Source of the DNA: Emiliania huxleyi CCMP1516
Lineage: Eukaryota
NCBI RefSeq assembly: GCF_000372725.1
Contig: NW_005201792.1
Span: 103,452-167,451, forward strand
Length of the DNA: 64,000 nucleotides
Direction of reading: 5' to 3'
Within the stretch, counting starts at the first letter, position 1; each line of letters begins with the position of its first letter. Of the stretch, positions 50,130 through 63,360 are shown piece by piece. The position numbers were made by a program, and so were the translations under genes. The notes beneath the pieces were generated by a model that was given only the letters and a program-made list of their open reading frames with translations, was not told where the DNA came from and ran no database searches.

Positions 50130-50830
50130 GCGAAAGAAAGAACACAGACTCAACCCAAGGGAGGGATGGGAGGACGGCACGCCGCCACCACACAGGGATT
50201 TTAAGGAGAGGGGTGTGATGCGCTAGCCGTCGCCCACCCTTGGGCGTCCGCCTCTTCCGATCTCTCTTCGCAGTCTCTCGCCCCCGATTCTCGCTGCAAC
50301 CTTCATGCCACCCCGCGGTCGTCCCACTCTCGTCGTTCTCTCTCTTGTCGCTTCTTCCTCTGTCGCGTCGCTCTCCTCTGCCTCGTCCTGCGACGGCGCC
50401 GCCACCTGCCGCTCCCTTGCTCTCGCGGCTTCTCTCGCCTTTCGGCGCAACTCTGCCCTCCTCGGACCTCGCGGCATATTTTGGCCCCTCGAGTTTATCG
50501 AGCTCTCCTCGCGCAAGGACGACTCTTCTGACGCCCACTGCGATCATTTGCCGCCAAGTCATATCGTTGCTCAGGTCCACTCTCTCTTCGGACACTTTTG
50601 TACTTCCACAGATGATGCTGGCGCTGGGGTCCCCTTCGGGTGCATCGTGACAGCTGACGACGAGATTACCACTGGTGTGTCGTCCTCCTCGGAGTCGTCG
50701 TCCCCGGCTTCCTCCCGTTCGGCTCTACGTTCAGCGTGGCTCACCCTCCATGCCGTGAACAGGCGCTTTATCCACCCTATATTCTTCTCTCGTGTTAGTG
50801 CCAGTGCGCGCCAGTCCCGTGCCCAGTGTT
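50130..50830. repeat. Second member of the 11.2-kb dispersed repeat family, with degenerate internal ORF-like sequence
   Basis: Shares acacagggatttt(aa)ggagaggggt and gtgttagtgccagtgcgcgccagtcc-gtgcccagtgt with 11361-11386 and 11862-11899. Confidence 0.6.
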
Positions 50831-51740
50831 GTGCGAGGGAGTTTTGTTGTAAAATTCTTCTCTCGCTCCTCTGCCCGTGCCTTGGTCTTGTCGTTGTTTC
50901 GCACCCATGTCTGTACGGCAATCGAAGCTGCCTTCCCCACTACCTGTAGTTCTCTAGTTCACTCGTCACCTCTCCTGCGAGCTCCCCTCTCTTTCTTTCG
51001 GGTATGGAGTCCGTGAGTGCGGGCAGCGTGCAGGCAATCACGGGCGCTATTTTGTCGTACTCCTCTTCGGCGAGCGCTCCAAATCTAGCCACCCCATTGC
51101 CTTTAAGGAGGCTGCCCTCGCTCGTCTCAGGAATGCGGCTGTGTCTTTTGAGTCAGGCGCCGCCCGTTCGACTCTTGCTGTCGCCCTCGCCGTGTGTTTG
51201 AGCTTCCGCATGAAGTAACGCGCCTCTTCCTGATTTCCCAGCGCAGCTGCCGCTCAGTATGTGCGCCAACGACGCCTGTGGTGGAGCACTTGGAGCACTT
51301 GGAGTGCAGTCGGTAGCCTCACATCCAGGGCCGGGGAGCTAAGGAGCGCACCCAGCGGTGGCTCACTGTCTTCTTGTGTCCAATCGTCCCAGTCTCCCCG
51401 TTCTCCATCTCTCCTCCTTGCCCGCGCGCCTTTTTTGCGGCCTCATCCCTAGCCGCCTTGCACGCTCTGCATCCCCAAAACGCACTCCTCGTGGCGGGCC
51501 CCTCATTCCCCGTTTCTTTTCCCCTTCTAGAATGGTGTGGTATACCCCGACCTAAAAAAGAAAGAAAACAAACAACCCAACACGCCGCCACCACACACCT
51601 CTCCTTACGTTTTTCGTATTTCTTTGTTTTGAAACGTTCCCCGCGCGCGTTGCACAGGGCGGCGGCGGACTCCGCCGATCGCGGCGCGGGGCGGCTTGCT
51701 CCGTCGACAAAGGTCACAGCCAGCGAGGCCCTGCGCGAAT

Positions 51741-52216
51741 ATGAGCGCGGCGGCAGCGGCTCTCGCGGAGCAGGGAATCCACGCCGACAGCGACGGGCTG
51801 CATCTCCTTCCTCCTGGGCAGGCCAAGGCGTCGGCGGAGCTGCAGGAGGAGTGCACCGAGTTCCTGAACCGGACGACACAGTTTAGCGCGATCGTTGCGG
51901 ATTTTGTCTCCGTCATGGAGAGCCGCGCCACGCTCATCGAGGCGGAGAAGCTCCGTGCCATAGGGCTCGGCAACCGTGTGGAGGCAGAGCCAGAGACGCG
52001 GAAACGCAAGGCACTGGAGATGCAGGCGCCCCCTGTTGCGGCCGTAAAGAGCCATTTCCCGCGTTCCGGCCACAGACACCAGATTGCGCCTCTCAGGCGA
52101 TGATCAACGAGAAGAAGGCGCAGCTGGACAGGCTGACGGCGCAGTGTGACTCGCTCGCTCGCGTTGACGCCGAGCAAAAGGCGCTCCTAGAGCGGCTGAC
52201 GAACAACGAATCGTGA
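51741..52216 (+). CDS. IFT20: Intraflagellar transport protein 20; one intron
   Basis: GIHAD..LHLL..ELQEECTEF..IEAEKLRAIGLGN..INEKKAQLDRL..DSL..EQ. Confidence 0.88.
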
Positions 52217-52578
52217 GTGCACTTTGTCTTTGCCTGCTCCCCCCACAGAACGGTAAAACAAGAGGACGCGTGCAGCTGGCTCGGGGTGCACGTGTGCGAG
52301 TTGTATTATAATACGTTTCACGCGCAGAGCCGTTTTTCACGCGCCTCCTCTGCTGGCGGGTGCCGGGTGCTGGCGCCTGCTGTGGTGTGCATGCGGCGTG
52401 CGCACCATATGCTACGGGTCCCAAGTATGGGTTCGGGACGTATTCACACCAGTGTGGAATGGTAGGCCATATGGGCGTGCGCAACCGTCATGGCAACCGT
52501 TCGCACCCCGGGCCGCAAGAGAGGAGATGCCTCGCTGGAACGGCCCCACGCTGGCCCCCGGGCTGCTGCTGAGTCGCG

Positions 52579-55500
52579 TCAGGCCTGCTTGTACTGCAGC
52601 ACCATCTCGTCGGCCGACTTCCATACAAAAGCGCGCACCGCGCCGAGGGACATGTCGGGCGCGAGCGGCTTGCCGCTGGCAAAGAGGGCGAGCGGCTTGC
52701 CCGACGGGACGCGCTCCTCGACGTACGCGATGACCTTGTCGAGGCGGAGAGCGGTCGCGGCGGCGAGCTTGTTGCAGTCGGGCGGCAGCAGCGGCAGGCC
52801 CGAGGCGGGGTGCGGCTGCAGGAAGAAGGAGAGCTTGAGCGGTGCCCTCGGAGAGAACTGCGCGTGCAGCACGGCCTGCCCCACCCACGACGGTACCGCG
52901 CCGTCGGGCAAGTCGCCGAGACGGGACGCCCTGCTGCGCGCCGTCACCACGCTGCCGTCGCATATCAACACCGGCGTCTGCTCCAGCGAGCGGAACGCGC
53001 ACTGGCCGCCGCCGCCGTCGCTCCCCGCGCCGCCAGAGTTAGCGCCGCCAGCGCCGCCGCCCCCGGCGCCGCTGCCTCCCGCGCCTGCAAGAGAGGGGAG
53101 GCCGACTCCGGCGCGTGTGCGACGGCCTTTGCTGGCGGGCAGGTGGCGTGGCGGTGCGGGGGCGGTGCGGGGGCTGCGCTGGCGCGCCGTTGGCAGCGGC
53201 ACGGGAGGGCTTTTGGCGCTCGCGCCAGCTGGCAAAGAGGGCGCACAAGAGCTGCTCGCCGAGGTTGACCCGAAAGTCCTCCTGTCGGCAGGCGAGGCCC
53301 GAGCTGACCGGAGATGGCGGCGGAGGCCACTTGGGTGCCGCTTGGGTGCCACTTGGGTGGTGGCCTCTCGGCGGTCTCTCGGCGTCATCTCTGGGACCTG
53401 TCCGGCGATGCCGAGCTCAGAGGCGTATCCTACGGCCGTGGGGCACGCGTGAGGCATGCGGAGAGGGGAAGGGGGGGAAGCGGCGAGAGGAGAAGCTGCC
53501 CTCGGCGTTGAAGGTGCTGCTCGCGCACAGCGTGAGCTCGAGCGCGCCCGAGCGAGCCGATGCGGTGAACCACGAGGCGCTGTACGTGCCTGGCGGGGAG
53601 GAGGGGAAGCACAGAACACCCGCCCGGTGAGACACGCGGCGTTGCATGTCCGACTAGTCGATCTCTGTCTGTCTGCCCGTCCCCTCGACTGTCCGTGCTC
53701 TAGCCCTCTCGGGCGGCGGCGCACGTTGCGCCGTCGGCTCGGCCAGCTCGGCGAGCAGCTTGTCGTACTTCTCGCCCGCGTCGAAGCGGCGCACGCAGCT
53801 GCCCCGCGGCAGCACCTTTGCAGACGCCGCAGCCCGTCACACGGCCGCACTCGCAGCCGCACCCCTCTGCAGCCGCACCCCTCTCCCCCGCTGAGAGACG
53901 ACTCGCGGAGGAGGAGAGGGCAGGGGGGAGAGGGCAGGGGGGAGAGGGCAGGGGGGAGAGGGCAGGGGGGAGAGGGCAGGGGGGAGAGGGCAGGGAGGAG
54001 AGGGCAGGGGGGAGAGGGCAGGGAGGAGAGGGCAGGGGGGAGAGGGGGAAGAGGCTGGAGAAGCGCCTCCCACAGCGCGCAGAGCCCGCGCGTGTCCTCG
54101 GTCAGGATGCGCCGCTTGCACGGCAGCACCGCCAGCCGCTTCACAGCGGCGCTGCCTCGGATCGTTGCCACCTGCAGTCGGCGAGAGGCGGCGGAGGGGT
54201 GGGTCTCGAGGCGGCGGCGGCAGATGGAGAGGGAGAGGGAGAGGGAGAGGGAGAGGGAGAGGGAGAGGGAGAGGGAGAGGGAGAGGGAGGAGCGGCAGGG
54301 AAGGGGGTGCGGGAGAGGCGGGGAGGGAGAGGGGGAGGACGAGGGAAAGGAGGAGGGCGAGGCTTCCGCTGGAGGAGAGGCGCACCCGGTGGGAGGGCGG
54401 AGCCTCGCTGCAATCTCCGCTCCCGCCTCTCTCGTGCCGCCGCGCCAGATCGCCGCCCGCCGCCGCGCCGCCCGCGCCGCCTCCCGCGCCCGCCGCCGCG
54501 CGCCAGCAGGAGAGGGACGAGTCCGAGGTTGCCACCCAGAGCAGCTCTGGCGCCCAAGCCGGGCGGTGCAGCCTCAGCGCCGGCGCGCCGACCTGGCAGA
54601 CCCCTCGCGGCGGCGGCGGCGGCGGCGGCGGCGACGCGTGCGCGGCGAAAGAGTCGTCGAGGACCAGTCCGTCGCGGCCGCCGTAGAGGACGCGGGAGCA
54701 CGACTCGTCGACGTCGATGCAGAAGACCGAGTCGCTGTGCGGCCTGGCGGGCGGGGCGGAGGGGTCGCGGGAGGAGAGGCGCCGGGGTGCGGGAGCAGCC
54801 GCCGCCGGCGTGCGTCGCCTGAGCTCGGCCTAGACACTTCCTAGACACTTCCTAGACACTTCCTAGCCGGCGTGCGTCGCCTGAGCTCGGCCTGCACGCG
54901 TCGCTGGCCGATGCTCCAGAGCTTGACCGAGCGGTCCGAGCTGCACGAGACGAGGCAGCCGCCGTCGGCAGAGATCGCGATCCCGCGCACCACGTCTGTG
55001 TGGCCCACCAGAGAGCCGACCGCCGCCGCCTGCGCGCGAGGGTCCCAGAGGCGGAGGGTCGCGTCGACGGCGCCCGTGGCGATGAGCCCGCCGTCGAGCT
55101 TCACCTACGGCGCCACCGCCCCGCTCAAGCAGCCGCCTGTGTGCGCCGGCGCGCAGCGCCCGCCCCTAACCGCCAGCGCGTAGATGGAGTCTCCGTGCGC
55201 CCGCGCGCCCTCGCTGCCGCCGATGACGACTCGCGGCGCCAGGCGCGCCACGTCCCACACGACCACGCAGCAGTCGCAGCCGGCCGAGGCGAGTGTGCCC
55301 GCGTCCGCCGCGTACCCGAGCACCTTGACAAAGTCGGTGTGCTGCCGCAGCGTGTAGCACTTTGACGGTGTCCCCGTCTCGCCCTCGGGCCGCCAGAGCT
55401 TGATCGTCCGGTCGCTCGAGGCGGAAACGACAGCAGAGGTCAGATCGCCGTCCGTCAGCAGCGCGAGGTCGTTGACCCAGTCTGTGTGCTCGTCCACGGT

Positions 55501-55701
55501 GAAGCGCAGCCGCGGGACTCCACCACCCTCGGGCTCGCGCCAGCAGCGCACCGAGCCGTCACGGCCGCCGGTAAAGAGCTCGCGCGACGATCCCCACGCC
55601 GACGCGCAAGTCGAAGCCAGCGCGTTGATGCCAAAGCGGTGACCCTCAGACGCGCCATCGTCGAGGAGGGTGAGCGTCACCGACTTTCTGGACGCCGACA
55701 T
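52579..55701 (-). CDS. WDR48: WD-repeat protein 48 (UAF1); multi-exon
   Basis: LFTGGRDG, HTDWVNDL, SASSDRTIKLW, HTDFVKVL, DSIYALA, LRLWDPR, GHTDVVR; C-terminal KLSFFLQP..KVIAYV..LAPDMSLGAVRAFVWKS. Confidence 0.93.
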
Positions 55702-55933
55702 GCACACCCAGCCCAGCCAAGGGCCGAAGCCAGAAGAATTTAACGCTTTCTTCATTTACAACGCGAGGTGACCTTTGAAGTTTGAACGTGTGGGCGGCAG
55801 CTGTCTGTTTACAGGCGCTGGCCGCCCGCGCGCGCGCCGGACCGGCTCCGGCACGTCCGGCGCTGGGCGGCGCGCGTCCACACTGCGCGTCGCGCAAAAG
55901 GCGAGCGCTCGCCGCCGCTACGGCGGCGGCGGC

Positions 55934-56014
55934 GGCCGACGGCCGACGGCCGACGGCCGACGGCCGACGGCGGCCGACGGCCGACGGCCGACGGCCGACG
56001 GCCGACGGCAGACG
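55934..56014. repeat. 7-bp tandem repeat (ggccgac)n
   Basis: About 11 copies are visible. Confidence 0.9.
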
Positions 56015-56308
56015 GCATACGGCCTAGGGCTCGGCTGGGCGCGCACGCGCACGCGCGCGCGTCGCGCGCCACGCGTCGCTCCGCGAGGGCGCGCGCCAAC
56101 CGCGATTCGAACCGGGGCCAAAAGGCGCCTGGAGCGACCGCGGTCCGGTCGCGCCACCGCGGCTGCGGGGCTGATAGAGCAGGCCGGCTGCGGCTCCTGA
56201 TGTACCTCCGCTTTTGGGTGGCGGTCGCGCGCTGCCGACGGCGCTCGCCGGCGCTACGGCGCTCGCGGCGCGCTCGTGGCGTTCAGGGCGGCTCGCACAC
56301 GCACACGC

Positions 56309-56341
<33 letters not shown>

Positions 56342-56599
56342 TGCACACACACACACACACACACATGCACAGACACACAGCCCCTTCCCCTCCCCCCTCA
56401 AGGGCGAGGACACGCACAGGCCGCACCTCTAGTGAGGCCCGCATAGTATGTGGGAGACTCGTGCCGCCGCCCCTGCCACCCCTGTGTCAGTGTGCCTGTG
56501 GTAGGAGAGACTGCCAGTGAGAAGCTGGAGGCAGGTCGCTAGACTGAGATGAGACCGCCAGTGGATGTGGGATTCCACCGTGCACCGCGCTGCGAGCCT

Positions 56600-56730
56600 G
56601 TCGTGTCCCTTGTCAGGAGCAGGAGAGCCCCACCTGTCCCCCTGATCGTTCTTCCAAAATCCTGCTCGTGCAGGTGGGGACCCTGTCCTCGTCCCATCCC
56701 TCGTTTGGCGTGTCTGTTTTCTTTCTTTCT
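56600..56730 (-). repeat. Inverted copy of 11403-11531
   Basis: The reverse complement matches gaggacagggtccccacctgcacgagcaggattttggaag..cctgacaagggac almost exactly. Confidence 0.9.
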
Positions 56731-57774
56731 TTTTCCGTGTCGCGATGCGCTCCCCACTTTGGCCTGCATCTCCTTTTCCGGCAAACAAAAAGGAAAACAG
56801 AGGGTCCCCAGCACTTTGGTCTTTGCGTTTCCGGAAATTTCCAGGGAAAACAGAGGGCGTTTGGTGCTCCATTCTGGAAACTCGCGAGTTTCCCTGAGTC
56901 TGAGAGCTGGTCTGGGGCAAAATCTGAGGCACAATTGTCAATTGAGGAAATCGCGCCTGCTGAACAAGCTCCTCTTGTAGCTCGATCGGTCACACCGCCA
57001 TCACCGCCGACGTCTCCCTGTAAGATGGTGGAGAGGGGGGACGACACTGCTTCTCAGCAGCGTGCACCTCGATCCTGTGCCGTGTTTGTTATGACCCCCC
57101 CCCAATGAACACACCAGTGAGGGAGGGCGAGACGATCGAGGGGTCCCGTACCATGCGGAATCGACCCTATCCAGTGCTCAAGTGCTCAAGGAAATCGGCA
57201 CGATACCCAGGCGGTCGCAGGGTATTTTCCAGGTATACCCGGGTTTTTCCAGGTACCTGCATCTGGTACTCTCCCACCTGGAAGAGGTGCTGCCTCGTGC
57301 ACGGCTTCGTCGTCGCCTCGCGGGCAGCTCGGCCATCGTCCGCCGGCTCGCCTCGGCGCTCGCCCTCTCGCTCGCCGCCCGCTGCGCCGCCTCGCTCTGC
57401 CCGTGCGACGCGCTCTCCCGCGCCGCCTCGCGGCCCGCCGCCCGGCCGGCGGCTCCTGCCGCGTCCTTCATCCCGCCGCCGCCGCCGTCGAACAGCGACA
57501 TCACCTGGTTGGTCACCAGCCGGCAGTACTGCCTCGCGTCGCTCGGCATCGCCGGCCAGATCTCGCGCCACACGTGGTTCTTCATGTGCTGCAGCGCGAC
57601 GTACACTGTGTTCTCGCCGTGCGGGGAGCACCGAAAAATTGCCTCTTTTACGTGTAATGTAACGTTCAGCCCGAGGCGCACGCGCGCGAGATCCACCCCG
57701 CTGCAGCCCGTACCTCCCCCGCCGCGGTCTCGTTCGTTGGTTCGCGCGTTGAGAGAGAGAGTTTCTTCGCGTTG

Positions 57775-59784
57775 ATGGCCCGCACGCAAAACCCGGAAGA
57801 ACCAATCCGCGTGATCGTGCGGGTGCGCCCACCCCAATCTGGTCGTGACGATCTAGACGTGGACTCGCTCGCGATCAGGGGCGACACCGTGCAGCTGATC
57901 CGGAAGCAACGCACCTTCTCCGCGCAGTTTGACGCGGCCCTCGACGGGGAGGCGGATCAGCGCTCACTGTTTTCGCACATTCGGCCGGCCTGTGAAGCAG
58001 CGCTCGACGGCATAAACGCGACGGTGCTTGCCTACGGGCAGACAGGCTCCGGTAAGACTCACACCATCTTTGGCGGTCTCCTGCCCGACGAACAGGAGGG
58101 CGAAGAGCGCACCGGCATCGCGGGTCGTGCGCTCCATCAGATCTTTGAGCATGCCGCGTGCGCAGCCACCTGTGGGACTCGCGTCATGGTCAGCGCGTCG
58201 ATGCTCGAGGTTTACAATGAGACTCTTCGGGACCTGCTCCTGCCGAGCGTGGACGGCGGGCACGAGAGGCCAGCCCTGGCGCTCCGCGAGTCTGAGAGCC
58301 GAGAGACGTACGTGCAAGGCCTGACAGAGGTGCCACTGCATGACGCAGCGGCTGCCGTGGCCTTGATACGTCGGGCTCTTCGAATGCGAGCAATACGCGC
58401 GACCGACGCGAATGCGCGGTCGTCCCGCTCGCACGCCGTGCTGCAATTTATCGTCGAGCAGCGAGGCGGTTCCGCGAGAGGCGGCCTTCGCTCGCGCTTC
58501 TGCCTCGTCGACCTCGCCGGCTCGGAACGTGCCATGGCTGCAGAACTGCTCGCTCGAGACCACCAGCGCGAGCGCTGCCAGATCAATACCTCGCTGACGG
58601 CGCTCGCCAAGTGCGTGCACGCGCTCTCCGTCTCTACGCGTGGCGAGTCACACATCCCATTTCGGGACTCGGTGCTCACGCGCCTTCTGCAGCCGGCGCT
58701 CTCCGGCAACTCGCGCACGGTGCTGCTCGCAATGCTCTCGCCCACAGCCGACGCGGTAGAGAACAATCTCTCCACCCTGCGCTTTGCCGACCGTGCCAAG
58801 CGCGTGACGTTGACTGCGGCCCGAAACCCGGCGGATGTGTCCGAAACACTGCAGCAGCAGCGAGAGCGGTACGAGGCTCACATACATCGGCTAAAGCAGA
58901 CCGTCCAGCGTCTCCGACTGGCGCTGCGCAGCGCGGGCCACCGAGCAGAGAGCACCGCCATGCCCCCGCCCGCCTTCCGCTTGTCGCCGGAGGCGCCGAG
59001 GAGCCTCGGCCCCGATTTCGCCTCTACCCGAGAGGACGACGACGTGGCGGAGCTGCGCCAGCAGCTCCGAGAGGCGCGCGCCGAGAGTGCAGCCCACCAA
59101 AGAGCGAGCCACCGGTTGGAGAAGGCCTTGGACAATGCGCTGGCGGGGCGAGTCGACCGAGCGCTCTCTTGGGCGAATGGGGGGAAGCGCATGGAGGATG
59201 ACCCTCCCGGTCACGCGTCACAGCCGGAGGGCGGTCTGCTGGAGGACATTGAGACGGATGACGTGCTCCTGCAAGCAACTCTCCAGGAGTTGCAGCTGCA
59301 GCAGGCGCAGCTCGATCGCATCCGGGCGGAAGAACAAGAGGTGCAGAGCCTCTTGCGAGGCGCGACCGGCGGAGTAGCCTCCACACCGCGCCGGTCGCGC
59401 GCTGCCAACGTGTGGACGGCTCCGCGCGAAGGCAGCGATCGAGGAGACGGAACCCGCTCGGCGCCGTCGCCGCGGAGCGTGCATCCTACCGCCGGTCCAT
59501 ACAGCGTCAAAAACGCGCAGACACCGAACAGCGGCCGCCGTCACCGCCGCACGGCGAGGCAAGCTGGCGACAGCCACCCCGCCTCCGGTCGGAATGTGCG
59601 ACCCAATGACGGCAGAGCTCTTGGTGGGTCGCAGGACACGATCGCGCAGGCTATGACTCAGACGCTGCTCGGCGGTGGAGCGACGGTTGGCGCTGGTGGG
59701 GTTGGCATGGGCTCGCTCTTTTACATCCTCGGAAGCCACACCTCGGCGCGCCGTGTGAAGGAGCTGAACGACCGCCTCGTCCGC

Positions 59785-59837
<53 letters not shown>

Positions 59838-59844
59838 AACGTAA
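57775..59844 (+). CDS. Kinesin-family motor protein, intronless, with coiled coil and C-terminal poly-Q
   Basis: IRVIVRVRP, AYGQTGSGKTHT, SMLEVYNE, NARSSRSHAV, LVDLAGSER, HIPFRDSVLTRLLQ, STLRFADRAK. Confidence 0.96.
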
Positions 59845-60244
59845 ACCCCTTTCCGCGACGAGGTCTACGGCACGTGTGTGCCCGTGGCCTCTGATCCTGA
59901 GACGTGAGAGACCAGACGACGCGTCCCCTGGGCCCTGGCGGCCCCCCCGCCGAGTCCGCCGCCCGCCCATGCGCGTTGGCGCATGGGCCCCCAGTCGCCA
60001 GTCCCAGACGCCAGAGCTCAGATAGACACTCCTGTGAGTCTCAGATCTCCTTTGAGCTTCAGCCGTATTTGGAAAAAAATCTGATCATTCACAGACCCAC
60101 ACCTTGTGGCTCCCCAACACACGTTTTGACCCGGGGTTAACACTGCGCCGCACACGGACGATTCCAAATTCCGAGACGGTCGTGACCCTTTTCACATCCA
60201 ACCACGCGCAATCGCTCACCTCACAAAGACACGCGCGGACCGCC

Positions 60245-63200
60245 TCACGGCGGCGGGCTGCTTGCGAGCGCTCGAAGCCGCTGCGTGCCCTTCAGCGGGC
60301 GAGTGGGCTTGGCGGCGGCGGCCCGCGACGCCCCGGCTCCATTCGGTCGCCCGGCGCCCGCCTCGACAAGCTCGCGCAGCGTGGCGTTGTACGCGGTGGC
60401 GAGGGCCTCCTCCATGTCAGCTCGCTTGCGCCTCTCGGCCACCAGCGCCGCCTCGAGCTCCGTCACCTTCTCGAGGAGCTGCCGCTTGTCCTTGCTCGTG
60501 TGGCGGCGGCCGTGCTCGAGCCGAGCATTCTCGCGCTCGAGCTGCGCGCACCGCCGCTTGAGGTAAGACGCCTCCTCGAACAGAGCGTCGTACTGCTCCT
60601 GCAACTCGGCGCCACGCCCGCCGCCCGCGCCACCCAAGCCGCTGCCGCCCGCGCCGGCGGTGAAAGCGGCGCCGGGGGGGGCTGGCGGCGGCGGCTGCTC
60701 CTCCTCCTCCTCGGCCGAGGCCACGCCTACGCGCCGCGCAACGAGACGCACGTTGGCCCGGTCAGTAGGGGAGAATGGCCTCCTCGCAGGCACGCGGCAC
60801 GTGCGAGCAGCTCCGCCGCCGCCGTGGCCGCCTTGCGCGACTTTTTGAGCGCGTGCGAGCGGATCTTACTCGCCATCAGGGCCGCCTGCGGGGAGGTGGC
60901 GGGAGGCTTGCCTGCGGGGCCCACGCGCCATAACCTCGCTCGCGAGAGAGCGATCAGGGGCGAGCCTTGCGCCCTTTGAACTGGACATAGCTCCACACCC
61001 GCAGCTGCACGCCTCCGTCGCCGCCCCCGCCCGCCGCCGAAGCGAGCGCGACCCACCGCTCCTGCACGCGGAAGGACTCGCCATACGGGATGTCTAGCGT
61101 GCCGACCTACGGAGAGAGAGCGCGCGCTCGACAAGACGACCGTCGAGCTGGAAGGGGGGCGGGAGGGGGCGAGGCAAGGAGGGGGGAGGCGCGAGGGTGG
61201 ACGCGCGAGGAGGAGGGAGGGAGGAGGAGGAGGGAGGGGGGTAGGGGGAGGAGGGAGGAAGGGGGAGGAGCGAGGGAGGGGGGAGAGGGAGGGGGGGAGG
61301 GAGGGAGGGATGGGGGAGAGGGAGGGGGGAGAGGTAGGGAGGGGGGAGAGGGGGGGAGGGAGGGAGGGAGGGAGAGGAGGCAAGCAGCGCCTCGCGCTCG
61401 AGCAGCAGCCGCTCGCCGCCTTGCCGCTGGAGCCGCTGCCGGATGACAACCTACTCCGAGCTGCGTCGGATGAGCAGACGCCGTGCGCAGCTGCTGCTGC
61501 GGCGTCCGCGGGGCAAAGGTCCCTCGTCTGGTCGGGCAGCATCGGCTTGGGCGGGCACTTGACGACGCACGAGACCTCGCGCTCGAGGCCAGACTCCTCG
61601 GACCCCTCCCACCGGCCCGCAGCTACGGGCAAGGCACCGCAAACGAGCTGAGATAACGGCGGCGATGAGATAACGGCGGCGAGGTATAGCCGAGGTGTAG
61701 CCGAGGTAGCTGCGCACAGACTCGCTGGTAGCCGAGCCGCGAGCAGAGCAACCGGCCGAAGCGGCCGTCCTCGCAGTCCATGCCGAGCAGCGCCTGCGAG
61801 AGGGGGGAGGAGGAGGGGGGGGGGAGGCACTGTTGGCCCTCGGCCCTCGGGGGGGGTGGCGGCGGGCGGTGGCGCGGCCGTGCGCCTGCTCGAGCGCGTT
61901 CAGGTCGAGCGGCAAGCTCGTGCTGAGGCTCTCGGCCATGTCGCCCCACGCGACGGCGAAGAGGGAGCCAGAGAGAGACACACCCGCGGAGCCTCCCCCT
62001 CCGCCGCCACCGCTCCCGCCCCTTCGGCGCGCGCGTCTCTCCCCGCCGCTCTCTCCCCTCGCCGGCGCCGCCGCCCCGCCTCCGCCTCCCTGTGCCGCGT
62101 CACCACCGCCCTTTGCCATGTCCGCGGCGTGCGGCGCGGAGGCACTGCGCGCGACGCTGCAGCTGCCCGTCGGCGAGCTCGGCACCTGAGGAGCACGCCA
62201 CACACGGACGCCTCACCCGCGTCTCTCGGCCGCACCTCGCCACCGCCCAGACCTCGGCCGCACCGACACCGCACACGCCTCCCCGCCGCCGCCGGCCGTC
62301 TCCTCCGCCCCAACCTGCCGCCCCAGCCGAAGCAGGCCGCCGCTGCCGCCGCCGCCGCCGCCGCCAGCCCCGCCGCCGCCGGCAGAGAAGGCCGCCGCCG
62401 CCCGCGACAGCGCGTCCGCCGCCTCGCCGCCCGCCTCGCCGCCGCCTCCGAGATGGTGCTGCTCTCCTGCCCTCGCGCTGTCCGCGTCGCCGCACTTTCG
62501 CCTCCGACCTGCCGCAAAGCTCGCCGCGCGGATGGCCGCCCGCGCCGCCGATCCAGTGCGCGTCCTACGGCAGGCTCCCGCAGCCCTCAGGGGCGGGTCG
62601 CACGCCTCGTGGGGAGGTGCGGACAGGCTGCTCCTGCGCCGATCGCTCGCCTCGACGTCTGACCGCTCCGACGCAGCAGAGTCGTCCGAGTCGGCTCCGC
62701 GCTCGGAGAGGCCGCGCTCGGAGAGGCCGTCCTCGTCGCCGTACATGGCCGACGAGGCGACCGACGATCCGATCGACGACTCGGACGCGGCGGACGACGA
62801 GGCGCCGTCCGAGTCGTCGCCGCCGCCCAGCCCTCGCTTGAGCCAGGCGGACGTCAGCTGCAGGTGCAGCGTCGCGGCGCCCTTGGCCAGCGGGACCGAG
62901 AGCGTCGTCGATTGCCGCGAGTAGGAGGCGTGCGGCGCGAGGTCGAGCGAGCCGCTGATCTTCTTCGCCTTGGCCGCGCCGCCTTCGACCCGCACCGTCA
63001 AGTCGGAGTTGCGCGGCTCCAGCCGCATCTGCCCGTGACTCGTGCTCGAGTAGACGGAGCACGCGAGCGAGACGGGCTCGCGCCACTCGGCCGCGCGGCC
63101 GTCCGCCGCGGCGCCCGCGCGCACGGCCCCACCGTACGCCGTCTTCTTGCCCGACTTCCAGCTGAGCGAGAGCGTCGGCGGGACGCCGGGCCGAGCGGGC

Positions 63201-63301
63201 TGGAGGAGCGCGCCGCCGCAGACGAGCCAGGCCTCCTCGACAGTGAAGAGGTAGCGATGCTTCTTCTTGCCCAAGCGCAGCGAGGGCTTGAGCGCGGGCA
63301 T
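60245..63301 (-). CDS. N-terminal C2 (NT-C2) plus VASt (StART-like lipid-binding) domain protein with C-terminal coiled coil; multi-exon
   Basis: NT-C2-like: LSWKSG..EWREPVSL..SVY..GSLDLA..LSVPL..TLHLQLTS. VASt-like: GPWE..EREVS..DIPYGESFRVQERW. Confidence 0.65.
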
Positions 63302-63360
63302 GGCGGCGGCTTTGGGAGGCCGTTGCGAGCAGGAAGAAACCCTGTGCGCGAAGAGTGGCG

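Noticed and set aside
57178..57700. Protein-like minus-strand frame (VKEAIFRCSPHGENTVYVALQHMK...)
   Set aside because: No clear start codon or family, and it crowds the kinesin promoter; it may be real but cannot be supported.
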